DNA of 63,959 nt, the filler included, from Choristocarpus tenellus KU-1152 (taxonomy: Eukaryota > Protista > Phaeophyceae): assembly GCA_964200185.2 (NCBI GenBank). It is 10 parts of 10 records of this genome, joined end to end, with 100 filler letters (N's around TTAATTAATTAA, not from the genome) between each part and the next. Parts side by side here need not be neighbours in the genome. Positions count along the whole stretch, not along the records: positions 4,846 to 18,689 come from CAXNAD020001349.1; positions 18,790 to 24,206 come from CAXNAD020010847.1; positions 24,307 to 28,504 come from CAXNAD020015740.1; 7 more parts are not named here. The stretch is one strand, 5' to 3'. Position 1 is the stretch's first letter, and each line of letters begins with the position of its first letter. Below the pieces are notes generated by a model. That model ran no database searches. It was given only the letters and a program-made list of their open reading frames with translations, and was not told where the DNA came from. A program made the position numbers and the translations under genes. Below, in pieces: positions 12,911 through 25,539 of this stretch.

Positions 12911-15900
12911 CTAAACATTGCAATCGCAGTTTGCCAAGGCAACACCAAAGGCTGCTAGAGGTGAAAATGGTGCAGTGAAGTCAAGCGCAAAGACATTGTC
13001 CTCTTTTGACCGCCCAAACTGCATGATGAACTGTCCCCGACTGTTATGGAGCATGAAGTTTTTGACAGATTGCTTCTTGATACGATCCTTGTAGAACTCG
13101 AGCACAAAGTATCCCGCCTGTAAGTTAACAGACCAAACAATAAGTACTTTAGTAAATGCCACAGGTTTGATAGCAAGATGTTCTCTCTCTCTCTCTCTCT
13201 GCATTGAGGTAGTTGCATCACTATGTACGTCAATATGGAAGGGAGAAACTCAAGTACCTACAGCAGATCAATTTATAGGTGTGCAGAGGAATTGACAATA
13301 CACAACACAATACCTCCTAAAATAGTGTGGCCAATCACCTGATTCACAAAAGTATCAAACCAGCAACAATATACACACTCACATCATCATCCCACTCAGG
13401 CTTGATACTATGCATACGTGGCACAGGCGTTATGATATTTGCATTCCCATCACCAAAGCTGTTAAGGAGAGAGGCATGGTCCACCACCTCATCATCACTA
13501 TCCGCAACCAGCACCTGACAACCAAAAACCTCAACTGATTAGACAACTGTCTCATCACAGGTACATAGCGGCAATTGAAATGATCTATCTGTGTTTGCAA
13601 TCTCAGAAACTGAATCAAATCAAATCTTGGTGGAGCACCAGCAATGTGAAAAACAGTCAGTGACATGAAAAAAAATTGACGAGAATTGCACAGGTTGCAT
13701 ACATGTGAATAAATCATTGACTAGGTTGAATGAGTATGTATCAATGGTTGCAACTACCATCTTGCTTACTTTTTGATTAGAAAAAAAAATCAACTTCAAC
13801 GAACTGCTGCAATTCACAACAAACACTCAATTTTTTGTACTCCCATCGACTGAAGGTGTTCTAAGGGTTAGGGTTACCATATGGTGCAAACAAACCCTCA
13901 TTCTTAAAGTTGATATGTCAAGTGCTGTCAGTCTACTGCCTTAGCGAGACATGGAAACCTTCTCAACATAAAATCAACATAAAAACAATATTAAATCCCA
14001 CCACACATTAAACAATCAGGTGTATTAAAGCTCTCTTTTTCAAGTCAGCCACTGTATAGGATTGCGCAAGCTTCACATAATTGGAATGCTTTACTTTTGG
14101 TGTCATTACTGGAGCTAAGACCTAAGATGCGAGGTCCTTCCTGGTGACAAGTCAGGGTGACAGATCAGGAAAATTCATCAATACCCTAGCGTATGCCATA
14201 GACAAAAACAAATCAACACCAATATCAGCATTAAATAAATAAGCACAATTCAACAAGTAGACACAATTTCACCTAACAAAAATACAGCACTCTATGGGAA
14301 TGCCTTGTTTGAGCCACTGAATTACAACCAAAAATATTTTAGATGAACCGAAATAGTCCACAGGATCAAGCCTTCATACAACCATGTGGTAGCCAAGCCA
14401 AGCCTATTCACACCTCAAGTTTCCTGGGTCCCTGGAAGTCATCATGGCGAGTGAGGTCGATGCTTACAGCTGCTATCTCCTTTCGCTCAGGTTTGATTGT
14501 GTACTTCTCGGGCCTGTTTAGAGGGATTGTGTTTAGAGGGAGGGAGGTCAGCACTCTCAGTAATTAAAACCTTCCCCAGCATAGTAACCAACAAATCTCT
14601 TAACCACTTTGTAGATGGTCAAATCAGAATATGGGGCATATTCACAGAGGGGCACTTTCCAACAAGGTATGTATCAGTATTGCACCTCTGTATCTGTATC
14701 TGTATCTCTCTCTCTCTGTGTAGTACGTATCCTCTATATCACCAATACAGAAACATCACATGCCACCTCGGTAACAGTAACCCCCCCCCCCCAAAAAAAA
14801 ACCCGGTGCGCACTACAAAAACGCCAACATCACTCCCAAAACCAACATCAACATCAAAAGACTGACAGAAAAGTTAATCAAGCACTTCAAAGCAGACCAC
14901 TGGTCACAACTCAGCACCAAATATCCACATCTACGAAAGAGGTTATTCTAAGTACCACATTGTGAAGACAAGAAATTCAAGCTGAAGGATAAATTGCCAA
15001 ATTGGCACAGCACAATTTAAACTCACAAGGTCTTGTTAGCCTTGAATCCGTTGTCATAGACAATGTATTGTCTACGTTGAGCAACCGCCTTGACCTTGCC
15101 CAATGTGCTTGGCTCCCCGCGCTTGAGATAGGCAGAGTTCATAGAGATAATGAAGCGTCCCTTATCCTTCTTGGCCGTCATGAGCAATCGCATTGTCGGC
15201 TGAATCAACCAATCAAACGGTAAGGGAGAAAACAAGAGTTAGTTATGTACTTCATGCCATGCGCATCACGTGTTGATCAAGAGTGTGAAAGACTCTCCAA
15301 GTCATTGAAACAGTACTTGCCAGATGTACCAATAATACTTACCAATATTCAATCACCCACCAAGAAAAAAAAAAGTTCCATCACTTCCATGGGTAATACA
15401 GTAATTCAACGACAAACTACAAGAACTTAAATGACACAAAAGAGGCCAACATCACCTCAAGGTACAGACAGTACCACACACAGATAGGACATACCCCCAC
15501 AACTCTACAGTCTGAGCACGCCTCTTGCTGGCAACATCTCAAAGATTACAAAAAATAACTGCATGGTTGATGCTAAAGTCTCTCTCTACATGGAGACAAG
15601 AATCAGTAGCAGCTGTCACCTCTTACTCTTAGCAACTTTCATACCTCATAGAAGGCCTGATACATGGTAGTCATCACTCCCTTCTTGCGCTTGACAGTAC
15701 ATTCAATAACACCCGACTGTGCAGGTACCGTTTCATTCAGGAAGGCACGCATAGCAGGCACAGCGAATGGTTCCACGTCCGGAGCCCTGTATACAAAACA
15801 GATTAGAGAAATAAATGTGTGTGTGAGAGCAGTATCCCCATTCACCCTCCTCCCTGTAGGTACATACACACGCAATAAAACTCTCCGGTCGAGTCAATCC

Positions 15901-18421
15901 CAATTCGTACAAATTCCATCTATTGCTTAATGCACCACAGTCTGTCAACATTACACAACCATAAGGCAAACAAGCAGCCGAAAAGATAAGACAGACAGAC
16001 AGACAGACAGACAGGCACATTGTACACCCTTACCCAAGGTTTACTTCCACCGGTGTATTGCGAACATCAGTCGAGGAGCCATCTGATCGATTGTTTCCGA
16101 TTGATTGCAAATTAGGGCTCTCATCCACATCCACTTTTAGAGGAGATAACGGAGAGTCTGCAGGTGGGACACTCTGGGACACTGGACCAGGTGCAACAGC
16201 CCTCTCTGAAGAAAAGTCCTCAGAGGGCGCCTTCGCAAGGTGTCTCTTGGTACTCTTGCTGGTACTCTTGGTAGGCTGTGTAACGGGAGCATCTTCAAAA
16301 ATATCCTCTTCCTCTCCAGCTGTAGCAACAGCGTCTCTTCTCTTTTGTTCCTTTTCAGCTACCTTTCTCCTGCGATTCTGCTCCTCTCTTTCTTTTCTCA
16401 GTACTACCCTCTTCTTTTTCCACAGACGGACAATCCTTTGTGAGCAAACCCTTTCGTGGAATCCCACAATGGCCTCCAAGTACTCATGGTCTCTGCCCCT
16501 GTAATGTTTGCAGCAGGAGGCAATGAGTGTTTTCAAACACGATCTGCAGAACGTACTTTCCAAAACTTACGATGATGCAGCCTGTGGACAATAGCAAACT
16601 CAAACATCTAGTGATTTTTATTTATTTTTTTAAGTATGCTAGACAAATATAGAAAAACATGAGAGTCAATGCTATGGTATGGTATGGTATGGTATGGTAG
16701 ATAAATTTAATAGATACCAATGAATGGTACATTGATACATAATATATTATTATGCCCTCTGACATTTTGCAGTTGTGTCAGGGATTAAGCCAAACCAAAA
16801 TTGCAAGGACATCTGCAAGATAACAGTTTGCGTAAATGTAAAAAAATATCTCTACAAAAACCATGGATACATCAGTGGTACACAAACGACTGTAATATCG
16901 ATCAGTCAACTCAGCACAATGTTGTCAGCAACACATCACCTGACTTCATTTTCCTGGTACACGTACGTATGCATGGGAACAACAGCAAACGGTCATAAAA
17001 ATGCCTCACAAGATGAACATAATTTTACAACAATATGGGCATCAGACCTCTATGTGAATGAATGAAGCATTCAACTATCAAATCAACTTTTCATGAAAAA
17101 AAACATAAAAAGGAGCAGTGTACAGGACACTCAACATGCTTTACAATATCCAACCGCTCAAAAACACTCAACAGTCACTTCCAGAGGCCTCACTCATGAC
17201 ACCATTTCAACAAGTGTCCTCATCTATCATCAACTCAACCTCACAGTTTCGAAGTTAAAACTTCCAGACAAACGATTTTCCCACCCTCTGCAATGACACA
17301 GGATCACCTTTCTTGCATCACATCATCTTACACCTGGAACTACCTATGTCAACTTTCAATTTGGATGGCCTGGTTCAATTTAGAGACAACTGTTATCAAC
17401 AGCCCCACTCAGTCAAAAAGCTTTGAACCGGTAATTGAAATAGTTGTGTCACATCTCCACAAGAAATTGTCTCATTCACCAACTTGAAAAAGTGTATTTT
17501 TTCACCAGAAAAAGATGTTTGATATACCCCTCAAGGTACTTATCACATCTCAAACTTCGTCCATCAAACATACTTTCATTGCCCTGTGAAGGCCCTGTTA
17601 AAAGATATCTAACTACCTATTAGCTTCATTGAGCGTTAACCATGTGTTTAAAATTCGCCCAATAAACTGTGTAACCCTCAAAGTGCAATACCTCCCTCAC
17701 AACAACATGCACCTAACACATTTAGGTGTTACCTCCAGATCCTGATGACCCTACTTAGTGTACAGATATGTATATATCATTCTTACACAGAATCAACTAA
17801 AATAAACTCTTTCCAAGAATCTACGTTGAGTGCAGCACAAGCAGACGCACTTCTCTCTCTTACGTAGTACAAGACACCTCCCTTTTTGAAGACTTCCTGG
17901 ACATTCAAAAAATAATACATAACTTATATACCAGCAGAACTGTCCACACATTGACGCTTCTGAAAACTGTTATGGAACACCCCATCACCCCATCCCATCA
18001 CGCCAAATAGAACAAGACACATACCTTACATCAAGACGACCAAGAACACACATTTCACCACACCCTCTACTCACGGCACAATCACATAACTTGATCAACA
18101 CAGTCCAAAGACAACAATCAAACATTCACCACCTACAAAGCATTCCACTTCATGCTCCATCCCAACCATTTCCTCTCAAGAACATTCCCCAGACAACCAT
18201 CTCATCTCAAACAAAACTAACCTGATGAATATCTTCGAAGCCCCCATTTCATATCCTTCCATCCCTGCTTCAGATGGCATAAGGACTAGCGCCAGTTTCT
18301 GACATACTTGCACACAGTGCACTTGATCAGAAATGTCCATGTTCAGCCAGCCCGGTCCCAGCTTACCGTACCTCCTTACAAATTCACTGTGGAAGAGGTC
18401 CACCCCAACATTCTGGTACAC
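12911..18421 (-). CDS. Myosin-like protein with a C-terminal Tubby domain, 3' part (exons 18421-18222, 16498-16034, 15786-15645, 15199-15027, 14513-14414, 13514-13383, 13117-12911)
   Basis: Seven GT-AG exons, all phase-compatible. The first exon (FHSEFVRRYGKL...D...C...YEMGASKIFIR) resembles the myosin motor C-terminus/converter. It is followed by GRDHEYLE...CSQRIVRLWKKK (IQ-like), a charged helix and an S/P-rich linker. Tubby motifs follow: VIECTVKRKK, LLMTAKK, LGKVKA...YIVYDNG, RKEIAAVS...GPRKLEV, KPEWDDDAGYFVLEF...SVKNF, MQFGR...FALDFTAPFSPLAAFGVAL. Confidence 0.88.
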
Positions 18422-18799
18422 CTGTTGTATGCCAAAAACAAAAATAATTTATTTTTTCTTGTTGGATGGGGTTGTATTCAAAATTAATTCAAAACTGTAA
18501 TATTACCACTGGTTTGTTAGGAAATATATGCAAGCAATGGGCAGGCTTATATGCCACACTCATAGACAACTAAGGCCTGAAAAGATAGAATATACTTGCA
18601 GACATTATCACCAAGTTCTTAAAAAAAGTTGTATCGTGATCAGTATGCCTTCAGTTTCCCTGCACTGTCGGCGGTTACATCGAATATACNNNNNNNNNNN
18701 NNNNNNNNNNNNNNNNNNNNNNNNNNNNNNNNNTTAATTAATTAANNNNNNNNNNNNNNNNNNNNNNNNNNNNNNNNNNNNNNNNNNNNATGTATATAG

Positions 18800-18856
18800 T
18801 TTTCATTGGTTTTCCCCTGACACATCTGCAAAATGTCAGAGGGCATAATAATATAA
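18800..18856 (+). mobile_element. Short 3'-terminal remnant of the CRE-like LINE family (similar remnants near 3640-3670, 16746-16780, 42320-42350, 56745-56770, 58700-58740, 60030-60060)
   Basis: The motif CTGACACATCTGCAAAATGTCAGAGGGCATAATAATA is shared with the 3' ends of the longer copies. Confidence 0.65.
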
Positions 18857-19986
18857 AATATATTAATCGATGAAGTTTTGGAACTTGACAAACTTACGAA
18901 CATATTCTACATAGAGTTAAACAAGAATGGCGAATTTCCGGAATCTATAAAATGGAACTAGTTTCTACGCCAATGAGTTCGAAGTATACTATTCTCAATC
19001 TCTTCATCAAAACAAAATATTGGGAAATTATACACATAACTTGACATGCTAGAAAAATACGACAAAACACGGATGATACGAAGGTATTCAAAAATATCGC
19101 ACTCTAGATATCAATGAAAACCAAAGGTATATTTTTTTTGTAAAGAAAGACATTTCATAAAATGATTACATGTTCCAAAAAATCTGTGTGTAGAATGGAT
19201 AGAACAATTTCAGTTCATGATTTCTCTTTACCCAACAGCTACATGTTTATTGATAAGACAACCTGACATAGTTCTGACGATGACCGCATTTGAAGAGGAC
19301 ACCACGTGAACCTGCTACAGTCCACGATCATAGCAGGTGCGATCATATCAGGTGGGTGTGTGGGGCCGTGAAGGTGTAAAACATCGGAAAGCGAATCTTT
19401 GCAATACATCCTATACTACCCAAAGAGGACGGTAAGATGAACTGTAAACGCCAATCCACCTTATCTCTTTCTCTTGTGCAACTACTGTATGGAACGGGGG
19501 ATCCTTAGAAAGAACCTCAAATCCAAAATGTAGTGCGAGTAGGTAGCAGGTTTGCGTGACCTCAACGAGCACAAAACCGACTCGTTATCCTCATCGAAGC
19601 TTCGAATGAGATAGTGTAGACTTGAACAGATAATGGATAAGGCAAGTTCTGGCGAAACGAGATTAAGTAGGAGTGTGTTATTTAGTGCATGATTGCCAAG
19701 GCCTACCGATCGATATGGATAAATGTACTTGGCAGAAGGGACATGACTTGCTAGTTCAATGGTGTCCATCGCATGATAGGAAAAGGTTTTCTATTTCAAC
19801 CTTAAAAGCACAACCTTACAACCACCACTTGTGATATTTTTTAAAGTATGTTGGACGTGTACATTGTTGCGATGTGTCAGTGTGTCAACATCATTGCCTT
19901 GAACTACTCTGGTCAGTAACATGCTATCATCAATCCTCTGCCATAACAGACACGCCACCGCAAGGCAAGGTGAGATTTCATTGGCG

Positions 19987-20615
19987 ATGAAATTCTCTTG
20001 GAGATTTGCACATCTGGTGCTCGCAACGTTCGTGCTGGGCACTACACCTAGCAAAGCAGATCAATTTGGGAGAGATGGAATTCCCTCCGTAGGGTTAGAC
20101 CACGTGGAGTTTATCTCCGACAATTCGGTCATACGCGACATAGCATCCAGTATCGAGGAGGATGTGCGAGCCACAGGTGAGGGCGAAAGAGGCGATAGAC
20201 GGAAGCACATACTGAATGATGATTTTTAACCGTGGCAAATGATATAAGGGGTCCTACTTTCGATAAATTGTTTCATGTATTAGAAAGGTGTTCAAATGGG
20301 GAAGATGAGACTTAGGGTCGGAGTTGCACGTTGACTTCTTGTCCATGGCTTTCCTACTCTCGAGCGCAGCGCTATGTACATTCAGTTGTTATTATTATTC
20401 CCAAGTTGTTGAAGCACTTTGCTGTGTTCATATCGAATGTCCCCCAGCCATACTTTCCGACACCATGGCTCAAAGTATCTGGGAGGGGGTGGCAGCTGTC
20501 CATTTGAGGCCAGTTTTTTCATGTCGCGATATTTGGGTGATTTGGTTCCATACGTTGGATGAATAGTGAAAGTGCACTTTTCCTGGCGTTGGTCCAAATG
20601 GACACTCTGGTGTAG

Positions 20616-20647
<32 letters not shown>

Positions 20648-23600
20648 NNNNNNNNNNGTGTTGTGTTGTCCAGGTGGTCCTCCCCTCCTTTGTTGCCCCC
20701 CCCCCCCCCCCCCCCTCCAGATACTTTGGGTCCCATTGTCAGGTAAAGCGTAGATTCTCTGGAGGAAACGATAGAAATCATTGTTCTCAGTAGTGTGATG
20801 AACCGAGGGGATAACCGCCAAACTCGAGTGGTTACGAGTTAGAGTTAAACAAGACTACACACAACTCCCCGTTTCTGGCTGCCTCCCCCCTACGTTGAAA
20901 CTGCAAGTGACGAATATCGAACTTGGGAGGCTGGACTGCGACACACTTGGTATGGCAGAAGATGCCCCTCTGCTACAGTTTGCCATCAGCAGGACAGAGG
21001 TCAGGAAATATAGAGGATATTAGCGTCCGCTAGGACTGTTCAGATATCTTGACCCTATACAAGGCTAAGTTTGCCCAGAGTATCTACGTTGGTTGGTGGT
21101 ATGACAGTGTTCCATCTTACCCCAGAATTTTATCCACACAAGTACAGTTCGATTGCTCTTCGAGAAGCGAATGATAAGTAGAAAACCATGAACTGTTTAC
21201 CGTCACACTTCTCATACTCTCTTGTATTGTTCAAACAACATACGAGTTACACCTAATCCTTTAATGTTGTCCGGATTTAGCCACAGCCTTTCAAGCATAA
21301 ATCAACAAATGAACACGACCAATGACTTCCTCCTATTGCCCCAAAATATTCTTCTCCCTATATATACATATTTGCTACAGAGTGTCCTTGCCTCTTCAAC
21401 ATTGTTCACGATCCTCGAAGGGAAGATTTTCACTAATGGCCTAGCCCGTAAGGTGAGAAATGGCAGATGAGTTGTCCAATTATGTCATTAAAATTGACTG
21501 GTGATAGAGAAGATGGCGTGGGAAAGCTAGAGATTTATCTTTAGTATGTTGTGCTGAGGATTTTATAACCACTTGCATGATGTCCTATCAAAGTTTGAAT
21601 GTAGTAGTAAGGATAATGCAGGTGGAAGTTCTCTCAACTAAGCCGTTCAACCTCTCTTAAAACAGATTTGGGTAGGTGATGTCATCGATACTACAACTGA
21701 AGGCACCATTCTTCCACGGACAATTTCTATGACCTGGACTGATGACTGCAATGTCGAGGTGAGAAGGGGAAAAGACAGTGTGATTTTATTGGGTATGAAC
21801 AATGTTGCCTCCTGCCTTACAAGTACACCTACTGGATGAAAACATTGAGAAGTAGTAACGAGCTTGTGGCCGAGTAAGATCCTCGGTAGTGAGTAAACTG
21901 ATCACGGTGTAAGGGAACATTTCACCAGTTCACATAACATTACATCAGATTCAGGGCTGAAAGTTGCATGTGGTTGACGCATCTTTGTTCCAACAAGGAC
22001 ATGCACTTATATATCCTCGTTGTTTGTGTCACTCCTCTGTACATTTGGCTCCTTCAAGACCTTTCTGCTCAAAACAACCACTTCAACAATCGACGGCATG
22101 ACTTCTGTTCTCAAGTCCATGCCTTGTCCAGCTGGAGATGAAAAGGACATCTGCATGGTCGAGGTAGGCTATACTGCTAGATTTTATTTTTCATTGACGG
22201 TAAACTCACTACAACTTAGAGTTCTACCCTGCAGTATATATATTTATATCGCTTTTCACATACTCCTCCAATGGATTATATTCGTCTATGAGATTGTGCA
22301 CGTCCAATATCACCTGTCACTGCTGCAATACTCCAAATTAGATTCAACGCAAGTTTGAGGAGAAAGAGAATGAGTCTACGATTGTACCTGGGCAAGAGAC
22401 TTCCAAACGTGGACTACGAGAACATCGTCTAGAGTCCAAGAGTCATGTAATGCGTAAACTCAGTGAAGATGCAGCAACTGGAGCGGAAGAGGCCAGGAAG
22501 AAATATCCTGACTTGGATTCTAAGCAAGACGATATCAGCATGCTTGAGGTAAGGTTGACATTGTGTTGCTTCTCAATTGCTTGTACGATCGTAGTGTTGA
22601 AGCATGCAAGATGCATAGAACAACCAACATCCCAATAATTTCTATGTCATAGAATCCCAAGGATAGTTCTTTTTTGTTGTCAATTGCAACTAACTTGTGC
22701 GGGAGACATTTATTTTGTCCTAATGACGAGCTTGCTCGCACACCCAATTGCAGCACCCCAACAAAGGACGCAGTATCTTCTTTGTACATACAATAATTGC
22801 AGGTGTATGTGAGAGAACACTTTTGCAGTTGAGGAAAGGGCAGTATTACGAATTGGTTGCCTGAAAACAGTTGTTTTGTACACTTTGGCGAATACACATT
22901 CCAGAAATGTGGAAAGTTGTCTATTTGGAATTAGTTTTAACTAGGCACTGACTCAGAAGCAAGTCTAAGGGATAAGGCACGTACAAGTCAAAGTATCTTA
23001 GGGTTAGGGTAGAACCGCGTCCACTTGGGGGCCAAAATCCAATGTTGCAATTTTGATGTAATTTAGGCTATCGTGTTTGTTAGGAAGTGTCAATATCCAT
23101 ATTCCAGACACACCTTTTCATAACATACACATTTCACATACTACTAAATACGTTTGAGTAGGAAAATGTCACAAAAGAACCCATGGGAAGCCAAGCCCCA
23201 AATTAACAAACAGGGTAAAACTCGTACCCTCTAACATACTTTCACTTGTAGGTTGCCACTAATAAATCTCATTCCAGTAAATCTGGACGTAACAATATTT
23301 AACCTCAATGACCCACAGATACATAGTGTCATACTCATGTATCTTGTAGGTCCTTAGTCAAATATCAATTCCTACAGTATAGTATCATCCATTTGTACTT
23401 CATCAGGAAACTAGGTTTTTCACATAGTATTAACATCAGTAGGATTACTGGTTATATCTTGAATTTTTGTGGCTTCAGACAAACTTGACCTATTACATAA
23501 CAATTTAAAATACAGGCATCACAGTATTTCACTCTGAACTACACGCTTCATAAAAAACTCATATTCTTTAGCAAATGATAGCCTTGGAGGTAGGTACACT

Positions 23601-24206
23601 GGTTGGACCACAATCTGCTCACTAAATAATGCGCCAATTGTTCCCGCTTGTTCGTTGACCACCTTATCTTAAATGGTCTGTACAACGATTCAGAACTATC
23701 TGTTTGCGAGTGTTAAGGACAAGATGGCGTTTCACAACGAAGGTCTGAAGCAATATTCGAGAAACAATTTGGTCATGCCCAGCGGGCGAAGACTAGTGGA
23801 CGGCACTCAGGCTAGTGTTTCCATCTACTTCCTCACACTTGACTTGAGCAATCGCAGTGTGACTGGTGTTGTGAGCGCATCTTGACTTGACTGAGACCGC
23901 GCATATTTCGGCTTATAATAACTGTCCCAAATCTATATATACATAGCGAGCAATTTCTCTTAGAATCAGGCAATTAAATGTTCTAGGTCCTATCACGATT
24001 CTTTCCCTCAAAAAAATTTAGTGTTACGGATAATGTTTGAACGTTTCTCTTTTTTCGAGAAATGAAGAAAAGCTGAGGTAAACCTTTTTCTCTTGTGCAT
24101 AGATCCACAAAAATTGACATCTAACTCTTGTATGCCCCTCTTTCATCCTGTTTGTGTGTAAAGATTGATGTCCTGCTTCTCTACTCAGACAGTGCCTTAT
24201 CTACTG
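19987..24206 (+). CDS. Secreted protein, probably a reprolysin/M12B-like zinc metalloprotease precursor, 5' part (exons 19987-20176, 20754-~20826, 21381-21452, 21666-21758, 22059-22163, 22342-22548, 23694-23810, 24164->24206)
   Basis: The N-terminus MKFSWRFAHLVLATFVLGTTPSKA looks like a signal peptide. A series of phase-0 exons follows, with a prodomain-like region ending in GRRLVDGTQ|IDVLLLYSDSAL, which resembles the first strand of reprolysin catalytic domains. The HExxH motif is not visible because the contig ends. The exon 2 donor is uncertain. Confidence 0.6.
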
Positions 24207-24479
24207 NNNNNNNNNNNNNNNNNNNNNNNNNNNNNNNNNNNNNNNNNNNNTTAATTAATTAANNNNNNNNNNNNNNNNNNNNNNNNNNNNNNNNNNNNNN
24301 NNNNNNTTGTCTCACAATTTTTGGGTCATTTGGTGTAATATGTTCAATGGGTACCGTAAACACCTTTTTCCTTCTTTTGGCCCAAATGGACACCCCTGGC
24401 ATAGACCCCCCCCCCCCAGATACTTTGGGTCACACCAAGTAGGAGTACCCTCACACCCTTTTAAGCCCAATTTGACTCA

Positions 24480-24665
24480 AAATCAGTTCATTATTTGGAA
24501 CATGACGTAAGCCACAGGGGTGGTCCTGCATCACCAAATCGAAGTTCCATAGGTCTGTGAAAGTACCATAAATCCAACGCTTTCTAGGTTACATGGACTT
24601 TGTTCGGAAATACATCCCTGATTTGGCAGCAATAACGGAACCTTAGTGTCACTTACTAGGAATAG
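24480..24665 (+). mobile_element. Ty3/Gypsy RT-RNaseH linker remnant
   Basis: Translates as FLGYMDFVRKYIPDLAAITEPLVSLTRN, matching the FLGxxxY/FxRxFIPxFAxxxxPLxxLT motif. Confidence 0.7.
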
Positions 24666-24671
24666 TATGAA

Positions 24672-25327
24672 TTTTTTATTAATTCGCCCTCTGACATTTT
24701 ACAGATGTATCATAGGAAAAATAAACAAAAACTTCTCAAATGTCAGAATAAACCCTAAAAAAGTAAAGGTTGTCATAATGTGAAAAACATTAATATATTC
24801 GCTGTTTTACTACCATTTATGCTACACTGGTCCCTTCCTGTGCCTCTAACCTAGATTAGTCCTGTACTCCAGGGAGAGGGGCTAGGGAGGCATCCCACGA
24901 ATCTAACAAGCCCCTCCTTGCCCAGCTCCCTGGTTTCAATAGTATGGAGGAAGGAGAGGGACAGGAGGTTACAGCAGCAAGGGGGCTGTCAAATCCGTCT
25001 ACAACAGATAGTTCCTGTCATAACACAGGTAGCTCTATCCAGACCGGACATGCACTTTAAGCTGGAGACTCCAGGGAGATGGGCAAGGAGGAGCTTGTTA
25101 GATTCGTGGGATGCCTCCCTAGCCCCTCACCCTGGAGTACATAACTAATCTAGGTTAGATGCACAGGAAGGAAACAGTGTAGCATAACTGGTAGTAAAAT
25201 AGCGAATAGATAATGTTTTTCATATTTTTGACAACAGTTACCTTTTTAGGGTTTACTCTGACATGTGGATAGTTTTTGCTGATTTTTCGTCTGACACATC
25301 TCCAAAATGTCAGAGGGTATAATAATA
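24672..25327. mobile_element. Inverted head-to-head pair of 5'-truncated CRE-like LINE copies (minus ~24672-24939, plus ~24944-25327)
   Basis: The inverted arms are about 265 bp. The plus copy reads QIVPVITQVALSRPDMHFKLETPGRWARRSLLDSWDASL. Both outer ends carry the family 3' terminus. Confidence 0.85.
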
Positions 25328-25539
25328 TATATTAAGGTAGAGGAAGAAGGGAAACACCATTCCTGCATATCATAACCCTATACGCCCATTGGGGACTGTT
25401 GGTATCGTGTTTGTTAGTGGCACCACTTAATAAAATAAACCACTGAACAACTGTATATTGCTTTGTCAGCATGTCATTCACTGCTCGTCACCAAAAAATC
25501 TTGTACACACATATGGTCAGGCAACTGGGTAGTGTATGC

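Noticed and set aside
16058-16504. 148-aa plus-strand ORF
   Set aside because: It is the antisense shadow of the myosin-Tubby exon.
16571-16581. 11-nt AG/GTAAGT-bounded micro-exon candidate in the myosin-Tubby gene
   Set aside because: Inclusion breaks the frame, whereas the direct 18222-to-16498 join gives KIFIR-GRDH. It could only be a poison exon.
20470-20821. Poly-Gly/Pro ORFs (also 61978-62484)
   Set aside because: They derive from G/C homopolymers and span 10-N gaps.
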